A DNA stretch of 64,000 nucleotides. Origin: an uncultured Candidatus Saccharibacteria bacterium (lineage in GTDB: Bacteria > Patescibacteriota > Minisyncoccia > Minisyncoccales > CAYZYK01). The DNA lies in NCBI GenBank assembly GCA_964507665.1, contig CAZDPT010000002.1:29016-93015 (forward strand). Reading direction: 5' to 3'. Shown in pieces: positions 1 through 10,738 of the stretch; position 1 is the first letter of the stretch, and each line of letters begins with the position of its first letter. Below the pieces are notes generated by a model. It did no database searches and was not told the origin of the DNA. It saw nothing but the letters and a program-made list of their open reading frames with translations. The position numbers and the translations under genes were made by a program.

Positions 1-684
1 GTAATAGAAATTAAAAAGATAGAAGGAGGATTTCAAATTGAAACTGGCGATAGAGAAAAATTTAAAACAAAAACAATTATTGTAGCAACAGGAAGAGACC
101 CCAGACCCCTAGAGGTTCCTGGAGAAAAGAAATTTATAGGAAAAGGAGTTTCATATTGTGTAACCTGTGATGGGCCTTTGTTTGAAGGAAAACCTGTAGC
201 TGTTATTGGAGGAGGGAATTCTGGATTTGAAGGAGCTTTGGAGTTGAGTGAATATTGCCCTGAGGTTTTTATTTTAGAATATAAAGCTGAAGTTAAAGCA
301 GACGAGTTAATTCAAGAGAGAGCCAAAAATAAAGATAACGTAAAAATTATAACTGAAGCAGAACTTAAGAGAATTGAAGGAGATAAGTCTGTTGAAAAGA
401 TAATTTATAAAGATAGAGAAAGCAAAGAAGAGAGAATTTTGGAGGTGGAGGGAGTTTTTGTAGAAATAGGTTCTATTCCAGCAACATCCTTTGTTAAGAG
501 TTTAGTTGAATTTAATAAACGGGATGAAATTAAAATAGACCCTAGAACATGTGCTACTTCAACCCCAGCTATTCTTGCAGCAGGAGATGTAACGAATATA
601 AGGGATAAACAAATTGTAACTGCCACCGGAGAAGGAGCTAAAGCTGCAATCTCTGCTTATAAATACTTAAGAGAGAAAAAATGA
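1..684 (+). CDS. trxB: thioredoxin-disulfide reductase, 5' end cut by window edge
   Basis: Frame 1 is open from nt 1 (VIEIKKIEGG...). Has the redox-active CVTCDG motif, GGGNSG dinucleotide-binding motif and C-terminal AAGD. TGA stop at 682-684 overlaps the eno start. Confidence 0.85.
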   Translation, partial: VIEIKKIEGGFQIETGDREKFKTKTIIVATGRDPRPLEVPGEKKFIGKGVSYCVTCDGPLFEGKPVAVIGGGNSGFEGALELSEYCPEVFILEYKAEVKADELIQERAKNKDNVKIITEAELKRIEGDKSVEKIIYKDRESKEERILEVEGVFVEIGSIPATSFVKSLVEFNKRDEIKIDPRTCATSTPAILAAGDVTNIRDKQIVTATGEGAKAAISAYKYLREKK

Positions 685-1892
685 AAAAATCTAAAATAAA
701 AGAAATAAAAGCAAGAGAGATTTTGAATTCAAAAGGTGAGTTTACTGTTGAAGTAGAAATTGAGACAAAAGAGGGGGTGTTTTGTGCTTCAGTTCCTTCC
801 GGAACCTCAAAAGGAAAAAAGGAAGCGAAGGAAATTGAAGCATCAGAAGCAGTAAAAAACATTAAAGAAATTATTGCTCCTAAACTAAAGGGAGAAAAAG
901 TTGATAATCAAGCCAAGATAGACGATATGTTGATTGATATTGATGGAACAGAAAATAAGTCTCAACTGGGGGCTAATGCTATCTTAGCTTGCTCTGTTGC
1001 TATTTTGAGAGCAGGAGCTGCTTTCCAAAATATAACTCCCTGGAAATATATTTCCCAAATTACAGAAAAAAAACCTGCTTTACCAAAACCCTGTATTTTA
1101 CTTATTGAGGGTGGATTGCATGCGGGAAATGCTTTGGATATTCAGGAATTTATGATAGTTCCAGAGGGTAATTCTTTTTCTGAAAGACTAAGAACAGGGA
1201 CAGAAATTTATCTTGCTCTTAAAAAAATTCTGAGAAAAGATTATGGTGAGTTTGCAACTAATGTGGGATATGAGGGTGGTTTTGCTGCTCCCTTAGCAAG
1301 TAGTTCTCAAGCCCTTAATTTAATAATGGAAGCCTCAAAAAAAACAGATTATAAAAACAAAGTTAAAATTATCCTTGATATTGCAGCTACAAGTTTTTGG
1401 AAGGATGGAAGTTATAGACTTGAAGGAATAACCTTTACTAAAGCAGGAATTTTGAATTTTTATTCTGATATTTTAAAGAAATATCCTATTGTGGGATTAG
1501 AAGATCCTTTCTCAGAGGAAGATATTGGGGGCTTTAAGGAAATTACTAAAAAAGTTGGTAAAAAAACAAAAATAATTGGAGATGATCTATTAGTTACTAA
1601 TCCAGATAGAATTAAAACAGCAATTGAAAAAAAATATTGCAACGCTATGATTTTAAAACCAAATCAGATAGGTACGGTTACAGAAACAATTGAGGCAGCC
1701 CAATTGGGTTTTAGAAACAAATGGGATATTTTTGTTAAACACAGGAGTGGAGAAACCTGTGATGATTTTATTGCTGATTTAGCTGTTGGATTAGGAGGGG
1801 GTTGGATAATGACAGGGGCTCCTTGTCGAGGAGAAAGGACTACAAAATATAATCGTCTTTTAAGAATTGAAGAAGAATTAGAATGCTCTTAA
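681..1892 (+). CDS. eno: enolase (short, 403 aa)
   Basis: N-terminus IKEIKAREILNSKGEFTVEVEI, then SVPSGTSKG and later KPNQIGTVTE, SHRSGET-like HRSGET: enolase signature blocks. Confidence 0.9.
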   Translation: MKKSKIKEIKAREILNSKGEFTVEVEIETKEGVFCASVPSGTSKGKKEAKEIEASEAVKNIKEIIAPKLKGEKVDNQAKIDDMLIDIDGTENKSQLGANAILACSVAILRAGAAFQNITPWKYISQITEKKPALPKPCILLIEGGLHAGNALDIQEFMIVPEGNSFSERLRTGTEIYLALKKILRKDYGEFATNVGYEGGFAAPLASSSQALNLIMEASKKTDYKNKVKIILDIAATSFWKDGSYRLEGITFTKAGILNFYSDILKKYPIVGLEDPFSEEDIGGFKEITKKVGKKTKIIGDDLLVTNPDRIKTAIEKKYCNAMILKPNQIGTVTETIEAAQLGFRNKWDIFVKHRSGETCDDFIADLAVGLGGGWIMTGAPCRGERTTKYNRLLRIEEELECS

Positions 1893-1896
1893 TTAA

Positions 1897-3093
1897 ATGA
1901 AAAAAATTCTTTTAATTATTATAGATGGATTAGGAGATAGGCCAGTTTCAGAATTGGGAGATAAAACTCCTTTAGAGGCAGCTCAGACTCCAAATTTAGA
2001 TAAATTAGCAAAGAATGGAATTTGTGGACTAGTTGATACTTTTAAATTTTCCGAGGAGAGAGAACCCACTTCCGAGGGCACACATGTTGCTTTATTTGGC
2101 TACAAAGATTATTTTTTAGGGCGGGGTCCCTATGAAGCAGCTGGAGTGGGAATGGATATGAAAAAAGGAGATGTTGCTTTGAGAGTAAATTTTGCAACTG
2201 TAGATAAGGGATTGAAGGTAATTGACAGGAGAGCAGGTAGAATTGAAAAAACAGAACCTTTAGTTAAGTCTTTATCTGGGATAAAAATAGAGGGGGTTGA
2301 ATTTTTAATAAAAAGATCTTTCGGCCACCGTGGAGTTTTAATTTTAAGAAGAGGAAATCTTTCAGATAAAATAACTAAAGGTGATCCTAAAAAGAAAGGA
2401 GAAAAAGTTAAAAAAATTCTGCCTCTTCAAAAAACAAAGGAAGCTCAATTTACAGGGAAAGTTTTAAACAAATACTTAGAAAAAACTCACCAAATTTTAA
2501 AAGAACATCCTTTTAATAAAGAAAGAAAAAAACAAGGATTACTTCCCGCTAATTATCTTTTATTGAGAGGAGCAGGGAAATTTAAGCAAACACCGAGTTT
2601 CAAAGAAAAATATGGACTTCAGGCTTGTTGTGTTGCGGGTGGGAGTTTGTATAAGGGAGTGGCTAAAATATTAGGGATGGATTTAATTGAGGTTAAGGGA
2701 GCTACAGGAATGGCTGATACTAATCTCCCAGGAAAAATTTCAGCAGTCAGGGATAGTTTAAAGAAATATGATTTTGTTTTTTTACATATAAAAGCTACCG
2801 ATACTTTTGCTCACGATGGGGACTTTGAAGGTAAGAAAAATTTTATAGAAAAGATTGATAGAAATATTTCTCCTACCTTAAGTTTTAAAAATACTTTAAT
2901 TGTAGTTACAGCTGATCACGCTACTCCTTGTGAGGTAAAAAATCATAGTTCTGATCCAGTTCCAATTTTGGTATGGGGAGAGGAAAAGGATAAGATTAAT
3001 AAATTTGATGAAAAGGAATGTGTGAATGGCAGATTGGGGGGGATAAAACAAACAGAACTGATGAGCACAATCTTGGAGTTTGCTAAGAATTAA
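1897..3093 (+). CDS. apgM: cofactor-independent phosphoglycerate mutase, archaeal type
   Basis: KILLIIIDGLGDRP N-terminus and TADHATP metal-site motif, about 400 aa. Sits directly after eno. Confidence 0.85.
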   Translation: MKKILLIIIDGLGDRPVSELGDKTPLEAAQTPNLDKLAKNGICGLVDTFKFSEEREPTSEGTHVALFGYKDYFLGRGPYEAAGVGMDMKKGDVALRVNFATVDKGLKVIDRRAGRIEKTEPLVKSLSGIKIEGVEFLIKRSFGHRGVLILRRGNLSDKITKGDPKKKGEKVKKILPLQKTKEAQFTGKVLNKYLEKTHQILKEHPFNKERKKQGLLPANYLLLRGAGKFKQTPSFKEKYGLQACCVAGGSLYKGVAKILGMDLIEVKGATGMADTNLPGKISAVRDSLKKYDFVFLHIKATDTFAHDGDFEGKKNFIEKIDRNISPTLSFKNTLIVVTADHATPCEVKNHSSDPVPILVWGEEKDKINKFDEKECVNGRLGGIKQTELMSTILEFAKN

Positions 3094-3195
3094 TTTTATG
3101 ATAAAATCTAAATATAGTGAAATATAAATTATAATTAATTTACAGAAAATAGAATTATATTAATTAAAATAATTTCTAATTTCTGTTTAAGATCT

Positions 3196-4191
3196 ATGTC
3201 CAAAAAACATATTAAAGCTTTATTACCGTTAATTATTGCTTTTATTGCAGTTGTGATAGCGGGAAGTATTATTTTAATAAGTCAAATTAAAAAAGGAAGT
3301 GAGGTAGCTCCAGAAGGAGAATTGACAAATCAGCAAGTGGCCCAAAAAGCAGTAGGTTATATCAATGATAATTTTCTACAAGGACAAGGAGAAGCTTCTT
3401 TGGGAGAAAGAATAATAGAAGAACACGGTACAATTAAGTTCAAAGTTAATTATCAGGGTCAGGAAATAGATTCTTATGCTACCAAAGATGGAGTGCTTTT
3501 CTTTCCTCAAGCCATTAATTTAGATGAAGAATTAACCCAAACTTCATCAAATCAAGAAACAGCACCTCAAAAATCTTGTGAGGAAATTACAAAGGAAACA
3601 CAATCTCTACTGGAAGCTTTTGTTGTAAGCCAGTGCCCTTATGGGTTACAGATGCAGAGAATTTTAGCAGAAGTGGTAAAAAATATTCCTTCATTAAAAG
3701 AAAACATAGAAGTAAGATATATTGGATCTATTTCAGGTGGGGAAATAACTGCTATGCACGGGACCGAGGAGGCACAAGAAAACTTAAGGCAGATTTGTTT
3801 AAGGGAAGAAACCGATGAATACTGGGATTATATTTCTTGTCATATTAAAAAAGGAGATGTTAATAATTGTTTGACTGAAGTGGGTATAAATCAAAACCAA
3901 CTTGATAATTGTATGACGGATGATTCTAGGGGGCTAAAATATGCCCAAGAAGATTTTAGTTTACAAGAAGAACACAACGTAACTGGATCCCCAACCTTAA
4001 TATTAAACAACGAGCAAGCTCAAGAATCTTGGTTTGGAGGAAGGACTGCTGAAGCAGTTAAAACTTTACTCTGTTGTGGTTTTGATAATCAGCCTGGAGT
4101 TTGTTCTCAAAAACTAGATGAAAATCAAGCAACAACAAACTATTCTGAAAGCTATAGTTCTGGAAATGCTCCTTCGGATGGGGGTTGTTAA
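3196..4191 (+). CDS. membrane-anchored DsbA/thioredoxin-fold thiol-disulfide oxidoreductase-like protein
   Basis: N-terminal TM helix, CPYG active-site-like motif (VSQCPYGLQ), GSPTLILN cis-Pro loop-like segment and a Cys-rich tail. Confidence 0.55.
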   Translation: MSKKHIKALLPLIIAFIAVVIAGSIILISQIKKGSEVAPEGELTNQQVAQKAVGYINDNFLQGQGEASLGERIIEEHGTIKFKVNYQGQEIDSYATKDGVLFFPQAINLDEELTQTSSNQETAPQKSCEEITKETQSLLEAFVVSQCPYGLQMQRILAEVVKNIPSLKENIEVRYIGSISGGEITAMHGTEEAQENLRQICLREETDEYWDYISCHIKKGDVNNCLTEVGINQNQLDNCMTDDSRGLKYAQEDFSLQEEHNVTGSPTLILNNEQAQESWFGGRTAEAVKTLLCCGFDNQPGVCSQKLDENQATTNYSESYSSGNAPSDGGC

Positions 4192-4209
4192 CAATTAATA
4201 AAAAAAAGA

Positions 4210-4455
4210 ATGTCGAATAAAAAAATTAAGATATACTCTACAGACCAATGTCCTTATTGTGTAACCCTGAAGAGTTTTCTTGATAAGCACGATATTGAAT
4301 TTGAAGATGTAAATGTAGCAGAGAATGAAAAAGCTCGCCAAGAAATGATAGAAAAAACAGGTCAGATGGGGGTACCAGTAGTAGATATTGATGGTGAGAT
4401 TGTAATTGGGTTTGATAAACCAAAAATAAAGAAACTTTTAAATATTAAAGAATAA
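4210..4455 (+). CDS. glutaredoxin-like protein (NrdH/YruB-like)
   Basis: 81 aa with a CPYC motif near the N-terminus and GVPVV...G motif typical of small glutaredoxins. Confidence 0.75.
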   Translation: MSNKKIKIYSTDQCPYCVTLKSFLDKHDIEFEDVNVAENEKARQEMIEKTGQMGVPVVDIDGEIVIGFDKPKIKKLLNIKE

Positions 4456-4461
4456 TATTTT

Positions 4462-5475
4462 ATGTCCACAAAAGTTGCCATAAATGGCTTTGGGAGAATA
4501 GGTCGAGCTGTTTTACGTAAGATTCTAAAAGATCTACCAGATTTAGAATTGGTAGCGATTAATGATTTAACTGATAATGAAACTCTAGCTCATCTTTTGA
4601 AATATGATTCCTGTTATGGAGTTTACGAAAAAGAGGTAAAAGGCACAGAGAGTGACTTGGTGATAGATGGTAAAAAAATTAAGGCTCTAGCTGAACCCAA
4701 ACCAGAAAAACTTCCTTGGGGTGAGATGGGGGTTGAGGTAGTGTTGGAATGTACTGGGGTTTTTCGTCACTTCAATGGTGCTAAAAAACATCTGGAGGCT
4801 GGAGCAAAAAAAGTACTTATCTCAGCTCCTGGCAAAGACCCAGATAAAATTCCGACTTACCTGCCAGGAATAAATGAAGAGAAATTTAATCCCAAAGAAG
4901 ATGACATTGTGGATATGGGTTCTTGTACTACAAATTGTGTAGCTCCTGTAATTAAAGTCTTAAACGATGAGTTTGGTTTAAAAAAAGGTCTTTTCACTAC
5001 AATTCACAGTTATACTACTTCCCAAAATATTTTGGATGGTCCCCATAAAGATCTGAGAAGAGCCAGGGCTGCTGCTTTAAATATTGTTCCTACCACTACT
5101 GGTGCTGCAGAAACGGTAGAGAGAGCAATGCCTGAAATAAAAGGTAGGTTGGATGGAATAGCTTTACGAGTTCCCTCACCCGTAGTTTCTATCACTGATA
5201 TAATTTGTGATTTAGAAAAAGAAACTTCAGTTGAAGAAGTAAATAATCTTTTTAAAAAAGCAGCCAAGTCAGAAAAACTTAAAGGAATTTTAGGAGTAGA
5301 GAAGAGACCTTTAGTTTCCATAGATTATAGAGAAAATCCTTTATCTTCAATTGTTGATTTAGATATGACTCGAGTTAAAGGCAATATGGTTAAGATTTTA
5401 TCTTGGTATGATAATGAAGCGGGATATGGTATTCGATTGGCTGAATTTGCAGATTTTATAGCAAAAAAACTTTAA
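4462..5475 (+). CDS. gap: glyceraldehyde-3-phosphate dehydrogenase
   Basis: INGFGRIGR NAD motif, SCTTNC catalytic Cys motif and WYDNE C-terminal motif. Confidence 0.92.
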   Translation: MSTKVAINGFGRIGRAVLRKILKDLPDLELVAINDLTDNETLAHLLKYDSCYGVYEKEVKGTESDLVIDGKKIKALAEPKPEKLPWGEMGVEVVLECTGVFRHFNGAKKHLEAGAKKVLISAPGKDPDKIPTYLPGINEEKFNPKEDDIVDMGSCTTNCVAPVIKVLNDEFGLKKGLFTTIHSYTTSQNILDGPHKDLRRARAAALNIVPTTTGAAETVERAMPEIKGRLDGIALRVPSPVVSITDIICDLEKETSVEEVNNLFKKAAKSEKLKGILGVEKRPLVSIDYRENPLSSIVDLDMTRVKGNMVKILSWYDNEAGYGIRLAEFADFIAKKL

Positions 5476-5495
5476 AATTAATTTTCTATGTAAAA

Positions 5496-5530
5496 ACAAA
5501 AAGGATGCTATCATCCCTTTTTGTTTTTAA
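5496..5530 (+). terminator. intrinsic terminator after gap
   Basis: Stem acaaaaaggatg/catccctttttgt with loop ctat, followed by a T-run. Confidence 0.55.
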
Positions 5531-5641
5531 AAAAGTAAAACATCCTCTTAATTTAGATAATTTAGAAGGGAGATTTTAAAAATTTTTAATAAAAAGATAA
5601 ATAATTTTTTTATTTTTCTAAAATAAGTTATAATAAAACAT

Positions 5642-6217
5642 ATGAATAATAATATACCAATTGAAGTTTCAGCAAGACACATTCATCTCTGCCAGAAACA
5701 CCTAGAGATACTTTTTGGTAAAGGATATAAATTAAAAAAACTGAAACAACTTACCCAGCCGAGTGATTTTGCAGCTCAAGAAACTCTAGTTTTAAAAACA
5801 GACTCAAAGAAATTTCCGAAAGTAAGGATTGTAGGTCCGCCACGAGAAGAAACTCAGGTTGAGATTTCTTTGACAGATGCTGTTTTTTTAGGAATAAACC
5901 CTCCCGTTAAGATTTCAGGAAACCTTAAAGGAAGCTCAGCTGCTACTTTAATAGGACCTAAAGGAAAAGTTAACCTCAAGAAGGGAGTAATTATTGCCCA
6001 GAGACATATTCATTGTAATCTGAAACAGGCTAAGAATTTAGATATTAAGGATAGTGATTTAGTTTCAGTTAAAGTTAAAGAAAAGAGAGCAATAACTTTT
6101 CATAATGTTAAGATTAGAGTGGATAAAAATTATCAATTATGCATGCATATAGATACTGATGAAGGAAATGCGTCTGGAATAACAAAAAAAGGGAAAGGTA
6201 CAATATTAAGAAACTAA
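5642..6217 (+). CDS. pduL: phosphate acyltransferase PduL-type (phosphotransacetylase substitute)
   Basis: Two repeats of the (S/A)xRHIH motif (EVSARHIHL, IAQRHIHC) characteristic of PduL. Adjacent to ackA. Confidence 0.8.
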   Translation: MNNNIPIEVSARHIHLCQKHLEILFGKGYKLKKLKQLTQPSDFAAQETLVLKTDSKKFPKVRIVGPPREETQVEISLTDAVFLGINPPVKISGNLKGSSAATLIGPKGKVNLKKGVIIAQRHIHCNLKQAKNLDIKDSDLVSVKVKEKRAITFHNVKIRVDKNYQLCMHIDTDEGNASGITKKGKGTILRN

Positions 6218-6225
6218 ACAGGGAC

Positions 6226-7248
6226 ATGATTTTAGTTTTAAATTGTGGCAGTCAATCAGTAAAATGGAAGATATTTGATAGTAATTTAGAATTGAAAAAA
6301 GAGAATAAAAAAAATATTTTTAATTCCGATAATTTTGAAAAAATTTTAAAAAGAGAATTGAAGAAAGTAAAAGAATTTAAAATAGATAAGATTGGACACC
6401 GAGTGGTACATGGAGGAGAAAAATTTAGGACTCCTATTAAAATAAATAAAAAAGTTTTAAGACAATTAGAAGATTTAAATAGAATTGCTCCTTTGCATAA
6501 TCCTTTTAATCTTTTAGGAATTAAAATAGCCCAGAAAGTATTTCCAAAGTTAGAACAAATTGCGGTTTTTGATACCGGTTTTTATGCTGATTTACCCCAA
6601 AAAGCCCGCCTTTACGCTTTACCCGAAGATATAAGGAGAAAATATGGGTTTCAAAAATTTGGATTTCATGGAATTTCTCATGAATACGCAGCCAAGAAAG
6701 GAGCTTTAAAAACCAATAAAAAATTTCAAGAATTGAAAATTATAACTTGTCATTTAGGTGGAGGAGCAAGTATTACTGCTGTTGAGGATGGGAAGCCGAT
6801 CGATACCTCGATGGGATTTACACCCCTAGAAGGATTAATAATGATGACAAGAAGTGGAGATATTGACCCTGGGATTATTTTAGATCTTTGTAAAAGATTT
6901 TCTCCAGGAAAAGTAGATAAGATTTTAAATTATAAATCAGGAATTAAAGGTCTTTGTGGAATGTCTGATATGAGAGAGGTTTTAAAAGAGAGAAAAAAAG
7001 GAAATAAAGAAGCAAAAATAGCTCTTAAATCATATGTTTATCGGATTCAAAAATATATTGGGGCTTATTTTACAATCCTGAATGGTTGTGATTTACTTAT
7101 TTTCACCGGCGCTATTGGTTTTGGTTCCTCAGAGATAAAAAATATGATTTGTGAAGAGTTGGATATTTTAAAAGGAACTAAAATTTTAGCTATTGAACCA
7201 AATGAAGAACTTACAATTGCTGAAAAGATTAATAAATTAAAAGATTAA
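6226..7248 (+). CDS. ackA: acetate kinase (short, 340 aa)
   Basis: ILVLNCGSQSVKW N-terminus, GHRVVHGG, FHGISH, and C-terminal IFTGAIG...PNEEL motifs. Confidence 0.85.
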   Translation: MILVLNCGSQSVKWKIFDSNLELKKENKKNIFNSDNFEKILKRELKKVKEFKIDKIGHRVVHGGEKFRTPIKINKKVLRQLEDLNRIAPLHNPFNLLGIKIAQKVFPKLEQIAVFDTGFYADLPQKARLYALPEDIRRKYGFQKFGFHGISHEYAAKKGALKTNKKFQELKIITCHLGGGASITAVEDGKPIDTSMGFTPLEGLIMMTRSGDIDPGIILDLCKRFSPGKVDKILNYKSGIKGLCGMSDMREVLKERKKGNKEAKIALKSYVYRIQKYIGAYFTILNGCDLLIFTGAIGFGSSEIKNMICEELDILKGTKILAIEPNEELTIAEKINKLKD

Positions 7249-7270
7249 TAAATTAAAAGATTAATATTAT

Positions 7271-9679
7271 ATGAAAACAAAAAAGAAAGAAAAAAATATT
7301 TTGTGGTTCGAGGAAGTAAATAAGAAAGATATTCCTTCGGTCGGAGGAAAAAATGCTTCCTTAGGGCAGATGATCTCAGAACTTTCAAAAAAAGGAGTTA
7401 ATGTTCCAAATGGTTTTGCTTTGACAACTTATGCTTATTGGGAGTTTTTGAAAAAGAACAAAATTGATAAAAAATTAAAAAAGATTTTTAAGAAATTTAA
7501 TGCTGAAGATATTAAAACTTTACAGAAAACTGGAAGAGAAGCTCGAAACCTTATTTTAAAAGCTAGTTTTCCTGAAAAGATAAAAAAGGAAATGTTTGAA
7601 GCTTACAGGGTCTTAAACAAGAAATATGGAGAAAAAAAAGTTGATGTGGCTGTTCGTTCCTCTGGTGTGGCAGAAGATGCTCCCCAGGATTCGTTTGCAG
7701 GACAATTTGAGACTTTTTTAAATGTTTCAGGAAAAGAGAATTTATTGGAAGCAATTAAGAAGTGCTTGGCTTCTACTTTTAATGATCGAGTTATTGCTTA
7801 CAGAGAAGAGAAAAAAATTAACCATTTAGAATTTGCTTTATCAGTTGGAATACAGAAAATGGTAAGATCTGATTTAGCTTCCTCTGGGGTGATGTTTACT
7901 TTAGATACTGAAACAGGCTTTTCTGATGTGGTTTTGATTAATTCAGTTTATGGATTAGGAGAAATGATAGTTAAGGGTAAAATTACACCCGATGAATTTT
8001 ATGTTTTCAAACCCACTTTAGAGAAGGGGTTTGATTCAATAATTAGAAAAAATCTCGGAAGAAAAACAAAAAAGTATGTTTATGCTCCGAGAGGAGGTCA
8101 CAAAGAAGTAAGTGTTAAAAAAGAAAAACAATTAAAGTTTTCTTTAACAGATGAGGAAATTTTAATTTTAGCTCGCTGGGCTCAACAGATTGAAGACCTT
8201 TATAATATCTCCCAAGATATTGAGTGGGCAAAAGACGGCAAGACAGGAGAATTATTTATTGTTCAATCAAGGCCAGAGACAGTTCATACTCCAGAAAAAG
8301 AAAGAACTTATAGGGAATATAAGATAGCACCTAGTGAATCTCCTATCCTAACAGGAATTGCTATTGGAGACAAAATCGGAGAGGGAAAAGTTCATATTGT
8401 TTCTGATATTTCTAAAATTTCGGAATTTAAAAAAGGAGGAGTTTTAGTGACAGGAATGACAGATCCTGATTGGCTTCCCATTATGAGAATTGCTTCAGCT
8501 ATTGTAACTGACGAAGGAGGAAAAACATGTCATAGTGCTATTGTAGCTCGTGAATTAGGAATTCCAGCAATTGTCGGAACAGAAAAGGCAACAAAAAAAT
8601 TAAAAACAGGCCAGAATATAACTGTTGATTGTACACAAGGTCTGAACGGAAGAGTTTTTAAGGGTAAAGTGCCCTTTAAGGTTAAAGAATATGATTTAGA
8701 AAAAATTCCTGATTTAGAAACTGATATAATGGTGAACATAGGAGCTCCCGAAATTGCTTTCCAGACTTCTTTTTTGCCAAATGCTGGAGTAGGATTAGCT
8801 CGAGAGGAGTTTATTATCGCAGAGAAAATAAGGATTCACCCTTTGGCTTTATATCATTACAAAAAACTTGAGAAAAAGTTTGGGGCATCTAAAAAACTAG
8901 TTAAAAAGATAGAAAAGTTAACAGTTGAACACAAAGATAAAAGAGAATATTTTATTAAAGAGTTGGCTGAAGGAATAGGACAGATAGCTGCTGCCTTTTA
9001 TCCTAAGCCAGTCATTGTTAGATTTTCTGATTTTAAAACAAATGAATATGCTCAATTGATTGGTGGTGAATTATTTGAACCAAAAGATGAAGCAAATCCA
9101 ATGTTAGGTTGGAGAGGAGCTTCCCGATATTATGATAAAAAATTCAAACCAGCCTTTCTAATGGAATGTAAAGCAATAAAAAGAGTAAGAGATATTTTTG
9201 GACTTGGTAATGTGAAGGTTATGATTCCTTTTTGTAGAACCGCCCAGGAAGGAAAAAAGGTTTTGGATATAATGGCTGAGGCTGGTTTAAAGAAAGGTAA
9301 AGATAATCTTGAGGTTTTCGTGATGTGTGAGGTACCTTCCAATGTAATTATAGTTGAGGAGTTTTTAAAAATATTTGATGGAGTTTCAATTGGTACGAAC
9401 GATTTAACTCAATTATCCTTAGGTATTGATAGAGATAATGCTTCTTTGCAGAAAGTGGGTGATGAAAGAAACTCTACTATTAAAAAGATGGTAAGTAAGG
9501 TTATCCGCTTTTGTAATATGAAAGGAAAATACTGTGGAATTTGTGGTCAAGCTCCCTCTGATTATATAGAATTTGCTGAATTTTTAATGAAAGAGGGAAT
9601 TCAAACTATGTCTTTGAATCCCGATACTGTAATGAAAACAATTTTAAAATTATCAAAAAAGAAGAAATCTAAAGAATAA
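7271..9679 (+). CDS. ppsA: phosphoenolpyruvate synthase
   Basis: GGKNASLGQM ATP-grasp start, phospho-His segment GGKTCHSAIVARELGIPAIVG and C-terminal PEP-utilizer GICGQAPSD. 802 aa. Confidence 0.85.
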   Translation: MKTKKKEKNILWFEEVNKKDIPSVGGKNASLGQMISELSKKGVNVPNGFALTTYAYWEFLKKNKIDKKLKKIFKKFNAEDIKTLQKTGREARNLILKASFPEKIKKEMFEAYRVLNKKYGEKKVDVAVRSSGVAEDAPQDSFAGQFETFLNVSGKENLLEAIKKCLASTFNDRVIAYREEKKINHLEFALSVGIQKMVRSDLASSGVMFTLDTETGFSDVVLINSVYGLGEMIVKGKITPDEFYVFKPTLEKGFDSIIRKNLGRKTKKYVYAPRGGHKEVSVKKEKQLKFSLTDEEILILARWAQQIEDLYNISQDIEWAKDGKTGELFIVQSRPETVHTPEKERTYREYKIAPSESPILTGIAIGDKIGEGKVHIVSDISKISEFKKGGVLVTGMTDPDWLPIMRIASAIVTDEGGKTCHSAIVARELGIPAIVGTEKATKKLKTGQNITVDCTQGLNGRVFKGKVPFKVKEYDLEKIPDLETDIMVNIGAPEIAFQTSFLPNAGVGLAREEFIIAEKIRIHPLALYHYKKLEKKFGASKKLVKKIEKLTVEHKDKREYFIKELAEGIGQIAAAFYPKPVIVRFSDFKTNEYAQLIGGELFEPKDEANPMLGWRGASRYYDKKFKPAFLMECKAIKRVRDIFGLGNVKVMIPFCRTAQEGKKVLDIMAEAGLKKGKDNLEVFVMCEVPSNVIIVEEFLKIFDGVSIGTNDLTQLSLGIDRDNASLQKVGDERNSTIKKMVSKVIRFCNMKGKYCGICGQAPSDYIEFAEFLMKEGIQTMSLNPDTVMKTILKLSKKKKSKE

Positions 9680-9684
9680 AAATT

Positions 9685-10713
9685 ATGTTCGATGTTGTAA
9701 CATTTGGCTCAGCTACCCTGGATACTTTTTTAAAGTTAGGAAAAGAAGATTATAAAATTATCAAGGAAAACAAATTTCCTAAAGGAGAAGCTATTTCCTT
9801 TCCTTTAGGATCTAAAGTTAAGGTTAACAATATTATTTCAGCAACTGGAGGAGGAGGGACAAATACAGCAGCAACTTTTGTGAGACAAGGTTTCAATACT
9901 ACTTTTTGCGGTAGAGTGGGAAAGGATCTGGCTGGAGAGAAAATTTTAAAGGAACTTGAAGATTTAAACATTAATACTGATTTTATTTCAACAACAGATA
10001 AAAAACCAACTAATAATTCTGTTATTCTTACTGCCCAAGACTTAGATAGAACCATTTTAGTTTATAGGGGAGCCTCTGAATTATTTTGTGAAAATGATAT
10101 TCCTTGGAAAGATTTGAAAAACCAATTATCTAAGAATCAAGAAAAGTGGTTTTATTTAGCGCCTTTTTCAGGTAAATTTTGCAGGGTTGCTAAAGATTTG
10201 ATAGATTTTGCTAAAAAAAATGAGATAAAAGTTTCTTTTAATCCGAGCAAAACTCAGATTAATTTACCGAAATCGGTCATTGAAGGAATAATAAAGAAAG
10301 TTGATATTTTAATTTTAAATCAAGAGGAAGCCTCCGAATTGACAAATAAATCTTATAAAGAAGAGGTTAAAATTTTTCAAAAAATTAATAAAATATGTTC
10401 TGGAATTGTAATAGTAACCAAGGGGGGGGAAGGAGTGGTGGTATCTGATGGTGAATATTTTTGGAGCGCTAACTCTCCTGAAGTAAAAGTGGTTGACAGA
10501 ACTGGTGCGGGAGATTCTTTTGGATCAGGTTTTGTGGCAGAATTTATTAAATCGGGAGGTAATATTAAAGAAGCAATTCAAGCAGGAGTTGCAAATGCTG
10601 TAAGTTGTATTGGTAAATGGGGAGCAAAAAATGGATTGTTAAAAAAAGATGAAAAATTTAAAAGAGTTAAAGTTAGGAAGGAATCTTGTTCTCAAAGCAA
10701 ATTTTGTAAATAG
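9685..10713 (+). CDS. PfkB-family carbohydrate kinase (specificity unknown; candidate sugar-phosphate kinase)
   Basis: N-terminal GGGGTN and C-terminal DRTGAGDSFGSGF motifs of the ribokinase/PfkB family. Sits between ppsA and fba. Confidence 0.7.
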   Translation: MFDVVTFGSATLDTFLKLGKEDYKIIKENKFPKGEAISFPLGSKVKVNNIISATGGGGTNTAATFVRQGFNTTFCGRVGKDLAGEKILKELEDLNINTDFISTTDKKPTNNSVILTAQDLDRTILVYRGASELFCENDIPWKDLKNQLSKNQEKWFYLAPFSGKFCRVAKDLIDFAKKNEIKVSFNPSKTQINLPKSVIEGIIKKVDILILNQEEASELTNKSYKEEVKIFQKINKICSGIVIVTKGGEGVVVSDGEYFWSANSPEVKVVDRTGAGDSFGSGFVAEFIKSGGNIKEAIQAGVANAVSCIGKWGAKNGLLKKDEKFKRVKVRKESCSQSKFCK

Positions 10714-10738
10714 TTTTTAAGTTTGAAATTATAGATTT

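Noticed and set aside
405-862. Antisense or overlapping short ORFs opposite annotated genes (405-626, 638-862 and many similar ones throughout the track)
   Set aside because: They sit opposite well-supported conserved CDSs. Their sequences are low-complexity and Ser/Leu/Phe-rich, typical of antisense frames in AT-rich DNA.
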